From positions 6,142 through 60,747 of the forward strand of contig CAZCJS010000002.1 in NCBI GenBank assembly GCA_964498775.1: DNA of 54,606 nt, in the 5' to 3' direction. The position numbers were made by a program, and so were the translations under genes. Of the stretch, positions 42,122 to 51,435 are shown in pieces. Under the pieces are notes generated by a model. That model did not search any database. It worked only from the letters and a program-made list of their open reading frames with translations, and was not told where the DNA came from. The stretch is from an uncultured Armatimonadia bacterium (lineage in GTDB: Bacteria; Armatimonadota; Zipacnadia; Zipacnadales; UBA11051). Within the stretch, counting starts at the first letter, position 1. Each line of letters starts with the position of its first letter.

Positions 42122-42901
42122 CTATGCAATCGGGAAGACGTCGTAGTCGTGGGCAATGTCAAAAGGGAAATTCAAGTGCTCCTCGCACATGCCGCGTAAG
42201 ATAGCTTCGCCCTCGTCGTGCCATGGATCATAAATGTGATTCAGGATCAGCCGCCCGATGTCTCTATCTCCGATGAATGGCAACACTTGCTCCGGCTTGA
42301 TGTGGGTCATCTCCATGACCAGGACATCAACATGCTCGGTCAGAATATCGCCCAGGTTGCGGAAATCCGATGGCTGATCGCCTGAGAAAGCAATGCGCCT
42401 GCGGTCGCCCGTCGCCGGCTGTCCGGTGACGTCGAAAATGAAGGAAAAAGCGGTCGCTCGTTGCGGATCCATGTGCCCGCTGTTCACTGCGGTCACAGTC
42501 ACATATTCGTCCTCGTAGATGAGCCCCGGTTCTCTTATCCCCTTGACCTGGAGATCGAAACGGACTGCATCGGCGGGTATGTGCATCGCGGCAAGCCAGT
42601 TGAGAAAGGGGTATTTGCCCTCCGGCGGCATGAAGCAGGTGAGGGTGCGGTCTGGATCGGCGAAGCGCTGGTAAATGAGCTTGATCAGTTGCGGGAGACC
42701 GCCGACATGATCGCCGTGCATGTGGGTGATGAAGGCGGCGCGAAGGAGTGTGATGTCCTTCTCGAGGCGCCAGAGAGTTGCGGCAGCCGGCTCGCCACAA
42801 TCAATGATGTAAGCGGCCTCACCCACTTCGAGAAGCGTGGAAGTCTGATAGCGGCTGTGAGTGGGTGCGCCATGGGAGGTGCCCAGGGTCGTAATCTGCA
42901 T
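42122..42901 (-). CDS. MBL-fold metallo-hydrolase
   Basis: 259 aa. YIIDCGEP...AFITHMHGDHVGGLPQL (HxHxDH motif), later His and Asp ligands (VNSGHM, FSGDQ, VMEMTH). Convergent with the CapA gene, with 8 nt between the stops. Confidence 0.8.
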   Translation of the reverse strand: MQITTLGTSHGAPTHSRYQTSTLLEVGEAAYIIDCGEPAAATLWRLEKDITLLRAAFITHMHGDHVGGLPQLIKLIYQRFADPDRTLTCFMPPEGKYPFLNWLAAMHIPADAVRFDLQVKGIREPGLIYEDEYVTVTAVNSGHMDPQRATAFSFIFDVTGQPATGDRRRIAFSGDQPSDFRNLGDILTEHVDVLVMEMTHIKPEQVLPFIGDRDIGRLILNHIYDPWHDEGEAILRGMCEEHLNFPFDIAHDYDVFPIA

Positions 42902-43092
42902 CAGATGCTCCGTGTCGGTCGGATCTTTGTGGAAGCGACTGACGCCAATTCGCGGAGCGATAATTGTTTACCTGCCTGGCAGGACATAGAATCAGCGATG
43001 GTGAATTAGTAGTTAGTAGCGTCTGCGAGTGGCGGTAGTAGATGTCCGGTGCGGGCGAGAATGCGACGGCGAAGCATAGAGGAGGAAGTGGC

Positions 43093-45144
43093 ATGAAGGG
43101 TTTACGTGTCGGACTCGTGGTTGGGCTGTTGGTTGCTTTTGTGGGGATAGGGGTGACGCAGCCAAAGCCGAGGCTGAAGACACCCATCAGGACAATTAAA
43201 GCGACACCGCTAGCGCTGAACAACCAGTTCCAGCATGTGCTGAAGACCCATAAGGTACCGACGCAAGCGCAGGCGCCCGCACTTGCCAAATTCCGGGCGT
43301 TGCCGAACGGCCTGCAGAGGGACCTGCTGGAGGTAATGGATGCGAAGGCCGCGGCAAAGAACAATCTGCCTGTGGAGGTACTGCCGCAGAATAAGTACAA
43401 GATAGTGAAAGCAGCAAGGCCGCACCTGGTTCTGCAGCGGCGGATCACTGGCTTCTTCCCTGACAAGGGCACTCCCAACGGTTGGGTCTATGTCTACACA
43501 TTGCCTCGGGCAGGTGAGGGTAGTCAGGTGCTTTTCGACGGAGCAGCGCAAACGACGCATTATCTCAACTTCGATTTCGAGTTCTTCCCCAATACGCTGG
43601 CGTTTCAGGTACCGGCAACAACGCCCCTGGCCACGGATCATGACGTGAGTGTGCAGTACGCGGGGGTTACCGAGGTGGTTGGCCCGGTCTCATACCGGAT
43701 CGTGGCGCCGCGTGGTTACCGGGGCTACTGGGGCTGGAAATTTTCCAACTTCAGCGACCCGACGATTCCGTGGGCGTGCTATCGGGATTTCTTCGGCGCG
43801 TCGGCGGTTGAATACACGAATGGGTCGCACCGGCCGGCAGCCCAGGCGTGGTATGACTCGACATACAAGGGTATCGGCGGAGGCGGCAACTGCTACGGAA
43901 TGAGCGTGTCAAGCTTGCGGGAACGCAACGATAATATCGGCGGCGTACACAGCGCCTGGTTTGCGGGCCACACTGAGAGCTATGTGTGGTTGTATCCCTG
44001 GCTTGCTCAGACGAAGGAGACTGTCCAGGAATATCAGGGTGGCCAGGCCAGCGCGGAAATGGCGGCCCAGATCAACCACTACTACAATCACCAGAACCAC
44101 CGCCAGGCGTGGGAGCGGGTCCGCGACCTGGTGACGACGAGCGATAACCGGCCGGTCATGGGCTTCTGGTTCGCCGGCGGGGGCGGTCATGCGACGGTGC
44201 CGTACCAGACGGAGGTCGTCGGTGATGCGCACCGGATCATCATGTATGATAACAACCGTCCGTATGCGGAGAATGAGACAAGCGGGGCAGACCCGAGTGT
44301 CGCGACGGTCGGCTGGGCTGCTAACAGCTTCAGCTACGGGACCGGAAACAAAATGATCTGCATGTCTTACCAGGAGTGCACCCAGCCTCAGCACCTGCCG
44401 GCTGCAGCGACAGGCGGAGGCGGTATGGGCATGATGGCGGCGGTGTTCGAAGGCGGCGCCCAGGTGACACAGATACAAGACGCGCAGGGACGCCGGTTCT
44501 TCAATGCGGACGGCTCCATCAATACGGATGCGGCCACGCGGATACCAGATTCGATGAAGTTCGAGCCGCTGATGGGTGGGCCGCTGCCCCCTGGCTATCC
44601 CGGAATCTATCTCTTCAATCAGAGCCAGGGCAAGGACCTCAGCTTCACCGTCGCCGGAGCCGGCCAGAAGATGGCCAAGGTGTTCATGCAGGGCGACATG
44701 ATGGAGGTGGAGTTCCAGGGCACAGGAGAGATCATTCTGAACAATATCCTCACGCCCACGCGGACGTTTAGGATCCCCAACCCCTCGGCGCTGCGGCCGA
44801 CCTCGATCCGCTGCATCAAGGTGCTGGCGGTTGACCGGAGCTTCCAGTTGAATAACTTCGCCAACATCGGCAACCAGCCGCTGGCGCTGCTCTCGAAGCC
44901 CGATGGCAGCTCGCTGGAGGTGCAGTCCGGCGAGGCACTGCAGTTCAACATGCAGTTGAGTACTTTCTCCCGTGGGCAGATCATGCAGGGAACGTTCGGG
45001 AATGTCGAGCTGGCGGCGAACAGCAAGGGTACGCTGCGGCCGATGGACTGGAACAACCTGCCCGCAGGAGAGTTGAGCCTGGAGCTGCGGAATCTGCAGA
45101 ATAACCAGAAGATCCGGGATGCGAAGATACGGCCCGGAGGCTAG
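43093..45144 (+). CDS. secreted or membrane-anchored hypothetical protein with an IPT/TIG-like segment and a possible papain-like Cys-His-Asp core
   Basis: 683 aa from ATG 43093 (GGAGGAAG upstream). N-terminal hydrophobic segment LRVGLVVGLLVAFVGIGV. ITGFFPDKGTPNGWVYVYT...VSVQYAGV..VGPVSYRIV is IPT-like. Candidate catalytic residues in GGGGNCYGMSVS and GGGGHATVPYQTEVVGDAHRIIMYDNN. Followed by a strong terminator. Confidence 0.6.
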   Translation: MKGLRVGLVVGLLVAFVGIGVTQPKPRLKTPIRTIKATPLALNNQFQHVLKTHKVPTQAQAPALAKFRALPNGLQRDLLEVMDAKAAAKNNLPVEVLPQNKYKIVKAARPHLVLQRRITGFFPDKGTPNGWVYVYTLPRAGEGSQVLFDGAAQTTHYLNFDFEFFPNTLAFQVPATTPLATDHDVSVQYAGVTEVVGPVSYRIVAPRGYRGYWGWKFSNFSDPTIPWACYRDFFGASAVEYTNGSHRPAAQAWYDSTYKGIGGGGNCYGMSVSSLRERNDNIGGVHSAWFAGHTESYVWLYPWLAQTKETVQEYQGGQASAEMAAQINHYYNHQNHRQAWERVRDLVTTSDNRPVMGFWFAGGGGHATVPYQTEVVGDAHRIIMYDNNRPYAENETSGADPSVATVGWAANSFSYGTGNKMICMSYQECTQPQHLPAAATGGGGMGMMAAVFEGGAQVTQIQDAQGRRFFNADGSINTDAATRIPDSMKFEPLMGGPLPPGYPGIYLFNQSQGKDLSFTVAGAGQKMAKVFMQGDMMEVEFQGTGEIILNNILTPTRTFRIPNPSALRPTSIRCIKVLAVDRSFQLNNFANIGNQPLALLSKPDGSSLEVQSGEALQFNMQLSTFSRGQIMQGTFGNVELAANSKGTLRPMDWNNLPAGELSLELRNLQNNQKIRDAKIRPGG

Positions 45145-45174
45145 ACGAAACAGAGACGTAGGAAGATGACGGAT

Positions 45175-45208
45175 GCCGGGGACAGATGGATGTCTCCGGC
45201 ATTTTTTT
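45175..45208 (+). terminator. rho-independent terminator after the 683-aa secreted protein gene
   Basis: GCCGGGGACA-gatgga-TGTCTCCGGC (10-bp stem with one G-U pair) followed by ATTTTTTT. Confidence 0.85.
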
Positions 45209-45492
45209 CAGTGCCAAGCTGGAAGCCGAGGCTGCAGGAGGACTGGGGATACGCGCGGGGCTTTGTTCCACGTTAACATAATCCTCATTATAATGACATG
45301 CGTTGCGCACGGCATAAGCGGAATCTGACCGGTCTCACCAGCTGCTTTATCTGCACGAAAATATTCTGCGCGCGCTCAAGAGTATCTCAATAATCGCTCA
45401 ATAACTATTGATTTAAGCTAGCGGACTGAGGGAAACTGGGGGGGTGGCAAGTGCAGAGTGTCTGCGTAGCCGTAGCCAATCCGGAGGGGGAA

Positions 45493-45900
45493 ATGACCAT
45501 GTTCAGGGCGCTGATCGTAGATGATGACCGCGACCTGCGAGAATTGATAGCTCTGCGTTTGGGCCAACTCGATGTGGAGGTCGCGCAGGCGGCGAACGGC
45601 CAGAAGGCGCTGAAGGCGTTGTGCGAGGCCTCGGCAGAAGAGCAGCCGTTCGGTGTCATACTCCTGGATGTCGCGATGCCGGTGATTGACGGGTGGCAAG
45701 TCCTCGAAGCGCTGAAAGCAAATCCGCTGTGGCAAAATACCCCAATAATCATGGTCACCGGTATCGCCACCAGTGCTGAAGAGATAACCCGGATGAGCAA
45801 CTACGGCGTACTCTATACTGATAAGGGTAGTGACTGTGTGCAGTTTGTCTCCTCCATGGTCGGTAGGCTGATGGAAGAGCAGCCAAGTGAAGTAGGATAG
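45493..45900 (+). CDS. stand-alone response regulator receiver (CheY-like) protein
   Basis: 135 aa from ATG 45493 (GGAGGGGG upstream). RALIVDDDRDLRELIALRL, phospho-acceptor context VILLDVAMPVIDGWQVL, TPIIMVTG. No output domain. Confidence 0.85.
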   Translation: MTMFRALIVDDDRDLRELIALRLGQLDVEVAQAANGQKALKALCEASAEEQPFGVILLDVAMPVIDGWQVLEALKANPLWQNTPIIMVTGIATSAEEITRMSNYGVLYTDKGSDCVQFVSSMVGRLMEEQPSEVG

Positions 45901-46168
45901 TGATCCACGCGTCACTATTCCACATCATCTCCTCATCACCACGTCACGCCATTACACCCCTCTCCATCGCAAATCACCTCTGAAATCGTGGCCCGGGTCG
46001 AGTTAGAAACCATGCCGGCGTAGTGTTGACCTCGCTGCCGGCCCGAACTTGCACCGTGCAGCAGCGGTAGTCATCCACCCGCCGGCAGATACAGGCAGGT
46101 TAAACCTGGTCCGACGGCGAAGTAGTCATGCTGGCGCACTACCGATACTCGAAGGGAGCAGAAAACTC

Positions 46169-47476
46169 ATGCAGAGATGGCTGATGGCGCTGGGAGCGGT
46201 GGGGCTGGCGATGTGCCTGTGTGTTGCGGCGAGCTACGCCCAGGGGGAGCCATGGACGTTGAGGGTAGGAGTGGCGACGACGCTGATAACACCGGAGGGG
46301 CCGGTGTGGCTGGGCGGATTCGCGAGCCGGAAGGAGCCGACCAAGGGCGAGGTCTATAAGGACCTCGTCGCTTCATGTGTGGTTTTTGACAACGGACAAA
46401 CACGGGTTGGGCTGATGGTGATGGACATGATCAATATCCACCAGCAGCAACTCGATGACATCCGAGATGCGGCGGAGGAGGTTGGTATCCCGCGCCACCA
46501 GATGATGGTGAATCATTCGCACACGCACTGCGGGCCGAGCTTACACGATAAGAACCCGGACTTCTTGGTGCAGTTCAAGACGGAAACATGCGCACTGCCG
46601 CAGAAGGCAGTTGATAATTTGCAGGAGGCGAAGCTGGACTTCACCGTCGGGACCTGCATGATGGGCGTCAATCGGCGGCAGATCGGGCCTGATGGGAAGT
46701 GCCTCGGGATGCGGCCGGACCCGCGCGGGCCGATTGACCCGGATGTGCCGGTACTGCGGGTACTCACGCCGGAGGGCGAGGCTCGGGCCGTAATCTTCGG
46801 ATATGCGTGTCATCCGACCACGATGGGCGGGATGAGGACCGGACCTGACTTCCCCGGCTATGCGCGGGACTGGATAGCGGCGGCTTACGGCGAGGGCTGT
46901 CAGCCGATGTATCTACAGGGCTGCTGCGGGGATATCAAGCCGCGTTATGTAACGGTGCGGCCACCGTACAATGATGAGAATAAGCCGAGTGGGCGGTTCG
47001 GATATGTGCTCCTCGAGGAGCCGCTGGATACGGTCAAGGAGGTCGGCCATGAGCTCGGCCGGGCAGTCGTGTGCGCGACATGTGTGCCGCCGCCTCCTGT
47101 AACCGGTACGGAGTTGGGGGGCGCCAGTGAGATGCTCGACCTGCCGACGAAGAAAGACCCTGACAATGCCATCCAGAAGGAAATCCAGGTGCTGCGAATC
47201 GGGAATGTCTATATCATCGGAATGAATGACGAAGTTCTTGTGGACATCGGGCTGCGGATCAAGCGAGAGCTGGGCGCGCAGGAATGGTTCGATGGGTCAT
47301 ATGCGTGGGTCAACGGCTACACGAATCGGCGGCAGCTTGGAAGCTATGTGCCCGCGGCGGCCACATTCCCGGAGGAAGGCTATGAGGTGAGGACAAGTCG
47401 CGTCGGGCCCGGGGCGGAGAATATCCTGGTAGAAAATGCTATTGAGTTGACAAAAAGACTCTGTGATGCAAAATAG
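46169..47476 (+). CDS. secreted neutral/alkaline-ceramidase-like metallohydrolase, paralog 1
   Basis: 435 aa from ATG 46169. Signal peptide MQRWLMALGAVGLAMCLCVAASYAQG. Motifs VGVATTLITPEG, NHSHTHCGP, VNRRQ, IDPDVPVLRVLTPEGEARAVIFGYACHPTTMGG, GPDFPGYARDW, LQGCCGDIKPRY, NGYTNRRQLGSYVP..FPEEGYEV. Confidence 0.85.
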   Translation: MQRWLMALGAVGLAMCLCVAASYAQGEPWTLRVGVATTLITPEGPVWLGGFASRKEPTKGEVYKDLVASCVVFDNGQTRVGLMVMDMINIHQQQLDDIRDAAEEVGIPRHQMMVNHSHTHCGPSLHDKNPDFLVQFKTETCALPQKAVDNLQEAKLDFTVGTCMMGVNRRQIGPDGKCLGMRPDPRGPIDPDVPVLRVLTPEGEARAVIFGYACHPTTMGGMRTGPDFPGYARDWIAAAYGEGCQPMYLQGCCGDIKPRYVTVRPPYNDENKPSGRFGYVLLEEPLDTVKEVGHELGRAVVCATCVPPPPVTGTELGGASEMLDLPTKKDPDNAIQKEIQVLRIGNVYIIGMNDEVLVDIGLRIKRELGAQEWFDGSYAWVNGYTNRRQLGSYVPAAATFPEEGYEVRTSRVGPGAENILVENAIELTKRLCDAK

Positions 47477-47482
47477 AGGCGG

Positions 47483-48796
47483 GTGAATAACGCGATGACC
47501 AGGAAGCTGCATGTGCGGATTCAAGTTGCCATTACAGTAGCGCTGGTGGCGATGCTTTGTATGACCACGGCCCAAGCGCAAGTTCCGGAGACGCTGAAGG
47601 TTGGTCTGGCGGTCGTTGATATCACGCCCGAAGGGTCAGTCTATATGCGGGGCTTCTCCGGACGAGACAAGAAGCCGTCCGAAGGTGTCTATAAAGAGAT
47701 AACCGCCTCGTGTATCGTCTTTGACAATGGTGAGACGCGAGCGGGCATCGTGGCCGTCAATGTCTGTCGGCTGGGTAAGCGCTACTTCGACCGGCTGCAT
47801 GAAATCGGTGAGACGTTCGGCATTCCCTTCGAGCATCTGCTCATCAACGTCTCGCACACCCACTGTGGCCCGCACGTTGATACCAATAAGAATGCGGAAT
47901 ATGTGGAGAAAATATTTGAGCCGCGATTGCTCAGCCTCATCGAGAAAGCTGTGGCCGACTTGCAGGAGGCGAGCCTGGACTACACAGTTGGGTCCTGCTC
48001 GATAGCAGTCAATCGCCGGCAACTTGGAGCGGATGGGAAGGTAGTTGCTTTTGCCCCTGAGCCTCGGAAGTCAATTGACCCCGATGTGCCGATCATGCGG
48101 GTGCTCACGCCGGAGGGTAAGGTGAGGGCGGTTCTGTTCGGCTATGCATGCCACCCGACGACTATGGGAGGCTACCTAATCGGTCCTGATTATCCGGGTT
48201 TCGCCAAGGACTGGATCGCGGCGGCCTATCCGGAATGTCTGCCGATCTTCTTACAGGGCTGTGGGGGCGACATCAAGTCCCGCTACACAAAAATCAAGCA
48301 GCCAATCGGCGATCCGACCAAGGCTGAGGGCCGCTTCGGTCACGTGCTGCTGGAGCCGGTCAATATCGTCGCCGAAATCGGGCATACACTGGGACGAGCG
48401 GTCATCACGGCGACGTGTGTGCCGCCGCAACCGGTAGGAACATACCTAGGGGGCATATTTGACGATCTGAGCCTGCCGGACAGGAAGGAGCCGGAAACGG
48501 CTTCCCATCCGAATGATGTGCAGGTATTGCGGATCGGAGACATCTACATCATCGGGATGTATTCGGAAATATGCGTGGATATCGGCCTGCAGATCAAACG
48601 GGAATTGGCTGGCCTGAAGGTGTGGACGAATGGCTACTCACATTGGGGTGGCGGGTACCTGACCAATGTGCAGGGCTGTGAAGAGGGTGGATATGAGGCG
48701 AATAACTGGTTCCACCCGACAGCCGCCGACATCATGATGAAGAGAGTAGTGGAAATGACGAGGGAGCTGGCGGCGCGGACAGACAACGCAAAATGA
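47483..48796 (+). CDS. ceramidase-like metallohydrolase, paralog 2
   Basis: 437 aa (GTG 47483, or ATG 47495). Signal peptide ending TTAQAQ. VGLAVVDITPEG, NVSHTHCGP, VNRRQ, IDPDVPIMRVLTPEGKVRAVLFGYACHPTTMGG, LQGCGGDIKSRY, NGYSHWGGGYL..CEEGGYEA. 6 nt after the paralog 1 stop. Confidence 0.85.
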   Translation: MNNAMTRKLHVRIQVAITVALVAMLCMTTAQAQVPETLKVGLAVVDITPEGSVYMRGFSGRDKKPSEGVYKEITASCIVFDNGETRAGIVAVNVCRLGKRYFDRLHEIGETFGIPFEHLLINVSHTHCGPHVDTNKNAEYVEKIFEPRLLSLIEKAVADLQEASLDYTVGSCSIAVNRRQLGADGKVVAFAPEPRKSIDPDVPIMRVLTPEGKVRAVLFGYACHPTTMGGYLIGPDYPGFAKDWIAAAYPECLPIFLQGCGGDIKSRYTKIKQPIGDPTKAEGRFGHVLLEPVNIVAEIGHTLGRAVITATCVPPQPVGTYLGGIFDDLSLPDRKEPETASHPNDVQVLRIGDIYIIGMYSEICVDIGLQIKRELAGLKVWTNGYSHWGGGYLTNVQGCEEGGYEANNWFHPTAADIMMKRVVEMTRELAARTDNAK

Positions 48797-48802
48797 GGAG
48801 AC

Positions 48803-50098
48803 ATGAATATGAGACCGGGATACTTTACAGCGATTGTCGTGGGGCTGCTGGTGGTCTGCGCGGTCATGTGCCAGGCGCAGGCGCAAGAGCCGACACCACT
48901 GAAGGTAGGTCTGGCAACGGTGGATATTACGCCGGAGGGGTCGGTGTTCATGGCCGGCTTCTCGGGGCGGAAGAAACCTTCCGAGGGTGTCTATAAGGAG
49001 CTGACGGCTTCCTGCGTGGTCTTTGACAATGGCGAGACACGCACGGGGATAATGGCAATAGACGTACTGAAGCTCGGTATGGAGCATGTCGAGGCGGTGC
49101 GGGAGACTGCGGAAAAGTTTGGCATCCCACCGGAGCAGATGATGCTAAACGGGTCACATACACACTGCGGGCCGGATCTTTGGCACAAGGCGAATGTTGA
49201 GAGCGGCTATGCTAAATTCTTCATGGAGAAGATCTGTAGCCTGATTGAGCCGGCGGTGGCGGACCTGCAGCCCGCAAAGCTGGATTTCACGATAGGTAGC
49301 TCGACGATGGCCGTAAATCGGCGCCAGTTGAATCCGGAGGGCAAGTGTATCGGGATGAGGCCGGAACCGCGCGGCCCCATTGATATGGACGTCCCGGTAT
49401 TGCGGGTCCTGACGCCGGAGGGCGAGGTCCGGGCGGTGATATTCGGCTATGCCTGCCATCCGACGACGATGGGCGGATACCTCATCGGGCCCGACTTTCC
49501 TGGCTATGCACGCGACTGGATTGCGGCGGCGTACCCGGATTGCTTGCCGGTATTTCTGCAGGGCTGCGGTGGCGACATCAAGCCGCGCTATGTGCGACTC
49601 CAAGCGCCATACAACGATGCGGATAAAGCCCCCGGGTACTTCGGCTATGTGCTGCTCGAGGAGCCGCTGGATGCGGTGAAAGAGATGGGGCATGAACTGG
49701 GCCGCGCCGTAGTCACGGCGGCATGTGTGCCGTGCCGGCCGTTGGAGCCCGTACTCGCCGGCGCGCATGAGTTTGCGCTGCTGCCACTGAAGAAGAAGGA
49801 GCCCACCCGAGACGCGCATGAAACGGAAGTGCAGGCGCTGCGGATCGGGGACCTCTACATTATCGGCATGAACGGCGAGGTCTGTGTGGACATCGGGCTG
49901 CGGATCAAGCGGGAACTCGCCGACCTGACGACATGGGTGAACGGCTATACGAATCGGCGGCTGGCCTACATAGTCGCGGCAAAAACCATGCCGGAGGAAG
50001 GCTACGAAGTCAGAGTCAGTCCCTTTGACGAACGGGCCGAGGAGCCACTGGTGGCGAAGGCAGTCGAACTGGCGAGGAGAGTAGCTGCCGGCCGGTAG
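48803..50098 (+). CDS. ceramidase-like metallohydrolase, paralog 3
   Basis: 431 aa (ATG 48803, or ATG 48809 with better SD spacing). Signal peptide ending CQAQAQ. VGLATVDITPEG, NGSHTHCGP, VNRRQ, IDMDVPVLRVLTPEGEVRAVIFGYACHPTTMGG, LQGCGGDIKPRY, NGYTNRRLAYIV..MPEEGYEV. Confidence 0.85.
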   Translation: MNMRPGYFTAIVVGLLVVCAVMCQAQAQEPTPLKVGLATVDITPEGSVFMAGFSGRKKPSEGVYKELTASCVVFDNGETRTGIMAIDVLKLGMEHVEAVRETAEKFGIPPEQMMLNGSHTHCGPDLWHKANVESGYAKFFMEKICSLIEPAVADLQPAKLDFTIGSSTMAVNRRQLNPEGKCIGMRPEPRGPIDMDVPVLRVLTPEGEVRAVIFGYACHPTTMGGYLIGPDFPGYARDWIAAAYPDCLPVFLQGCGGDIKPRYVRLQAPYNDADKAPGYFGYVLLEEPLDAVKEMGHELGRAVVTAACVPCRPLEPVLAGAHEFALLPLKKKEPTRDAHETEVQALRIGDLYIIGMNGEVCVDIGLRIKRELADLTTWVNGYTNRRLAYIVAAKTMPEEGYEVRVSPFDERAEEPLVAKAVELARRVAAGR

Positions 50099-50123
50099 TT
50101 ACAGCCGGAACGGAGATGCGCTG

Positions 50124-51407
50124 ATGGAGATGGAAAATAGTCTCATGAGTGTAGCAGTATTGGTGCTGGTGCTGTGTCTGAGTGCTGCGGCGTGTCATGC
50201 GCAGGGAGCAGAAACCGAGCCGCTAAGGGTGGGTATGGCCAGGGTTGAGATTACTCCGCAGGAGCTGGCGTATATGGCTGGTTTCGCCGGACGTAAGGAG
50301 AGGTCCACCGGCGCGTACAAGGACATTACCGCCTCATGCCTCGTGTTTGACAACGGTGTGATGCGCCTTGGCCTGATGGCCGTGGATGTGCTGTTCATAG
50401 ACCGCTATTACAAAACCGACCTGGGGCCGGTGCAACTTACCGCGATACGAAAGGCGGCCGAGGCGGTCGGTATCGCGCCGGAGCGCATGATGATTAATGC
50501 CTCGCATACCCACTGTGGGCCGAAATTCGAGGACAATGGGGATTATCCGGAGGTATTCATAGAGAAGGTCTGCGGTCTGCTGGAAGCGGCGGTTGCGGAT
50601 TTGCAGCCGGCGAGGCTGGACTATACGGTGGGCACCTGCAGTATGGCGATCAACCGGCGGCGCACGAATGAGGAGGGCAAGTGTACCGGGATGAGGCCAA
50701 CGCCACTCAAGCCGATTGACATGGAGGTGCCGGTGATGCGAGTGGTGTCTCCAGAAGGCCAGGCGCGGGCAATCATATTTGGTTATGCGTGCCATCCCTC
50801 GACTATGGGAGGCCTGGAGATCGGCCCGGACTATCCGGGATTCGCGCGCGACTGGGTCGAAGCAGCCTATGGCGAGGGTTGCATGGCGACATTCTTACAG
50901 GGCTGTGGGGGTGACATCAAGCCGCGTAATGTCTCGGGGACATCGAGGTTCCGCAGTGGGCCGCTCGAGGCAGTGGAAGAACTTGGACACGAACTGGGAC
51001 GAGCAGTAGTGACGGCAACATGCGTGCCGCTGGAGCCAATGGCCGCCGCTGCAGACGGAGGCGTGCCGCTGGCCGCAACCAGTCAAATTGTGCCGCTGCC
51101 CAGCAAGAAAGACCCCAGTAAGCCGTACCCGATCGAGATGCAGGTGCTGCGTATCGGTGACGTGTATATTGTGGGTATGAACGGCGAAATCTGCGTGGAG
51201 ATCGGCCTGCACATCAAGCGCGAACTGGCGGACCTGAAGCTGTTTGTGATTGGTTACTGCAACCAGCGTGTGAGTTACATACCGGCGGCTTCGTCCTATC
51301 CCGAGGGGGGCTATGAGGTGAACTGTACGCGGGTGGCGCCGACGGGAGAGGACATGATTGTAGCCAAGGCTGTTGAGATGACGCGGTCGTTGGCGACCCT
51401 CAAGTAG
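50124..51407 (+). CDS. ceramidase-like metallohydrolase, paralog 4
   Basis: 427 aa. Signal peptide ending AACHAQG. VGMARVEITPQE, NASHTHCGP, INRRR, IDMEVPVMRVVSPEGQARAIIFGYACHPSTMGG, LQGCGGDIKPRN, IGYCNQRVSYIP..YPEGGYEV. Confidence 0.85.
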   Translation: MEMENSLMSVAVLVLVLCLSAAACHAQGAETEPLRVGMARVEITPQELAYMAGFAGRKERSTGAYKDITASCLVFDNGVMRLGLMAVDVLFIDRYYKTDLGPVQLTAIRKAAEAVGIAPERMMINASHTHCGPKFEDNGDYPEVFIEKVCGLLEAAVADLQPARLDYTVGTCSMAINRRRTNEEGKCTGMRPTPLKPIDMEVPVMRVVSPEGQARAIIFGYACHPSTMGGLEIGPDYPGFARDWVEAAYGEGCMATFLQGCGGDIKPRNVSGTSRFRSGPLEAVEELGHELGRAVVTATCVPLEPMAAAADGGVPLAATSQIVPLPSKKDPSKPYPIEMQVLRIGDVYIVGMNGEICVEIGLHIKRELADLKLFVIGYCNQRVSYIPAASSYPEGGYEVNCTRVAPTGEDMIVAKAVEMTRSLATLK

Positions 51408-51435
51408 TCGTGGTCCAGGCCAAGGAGATGAGAAC

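Noticed and set aside
46034-46062. TTGACC -35-like hexamer upstream of the hydrolase array, and the 40-codon upstream extension of paralog 1 (track start 46049)
   Set aside because: No acceptable -10 lies at 16-18 nt (TTGCAC). The extension precedes a typical signal peptide that starts at ATG 46169, and it is not shared by the other five paralogs.
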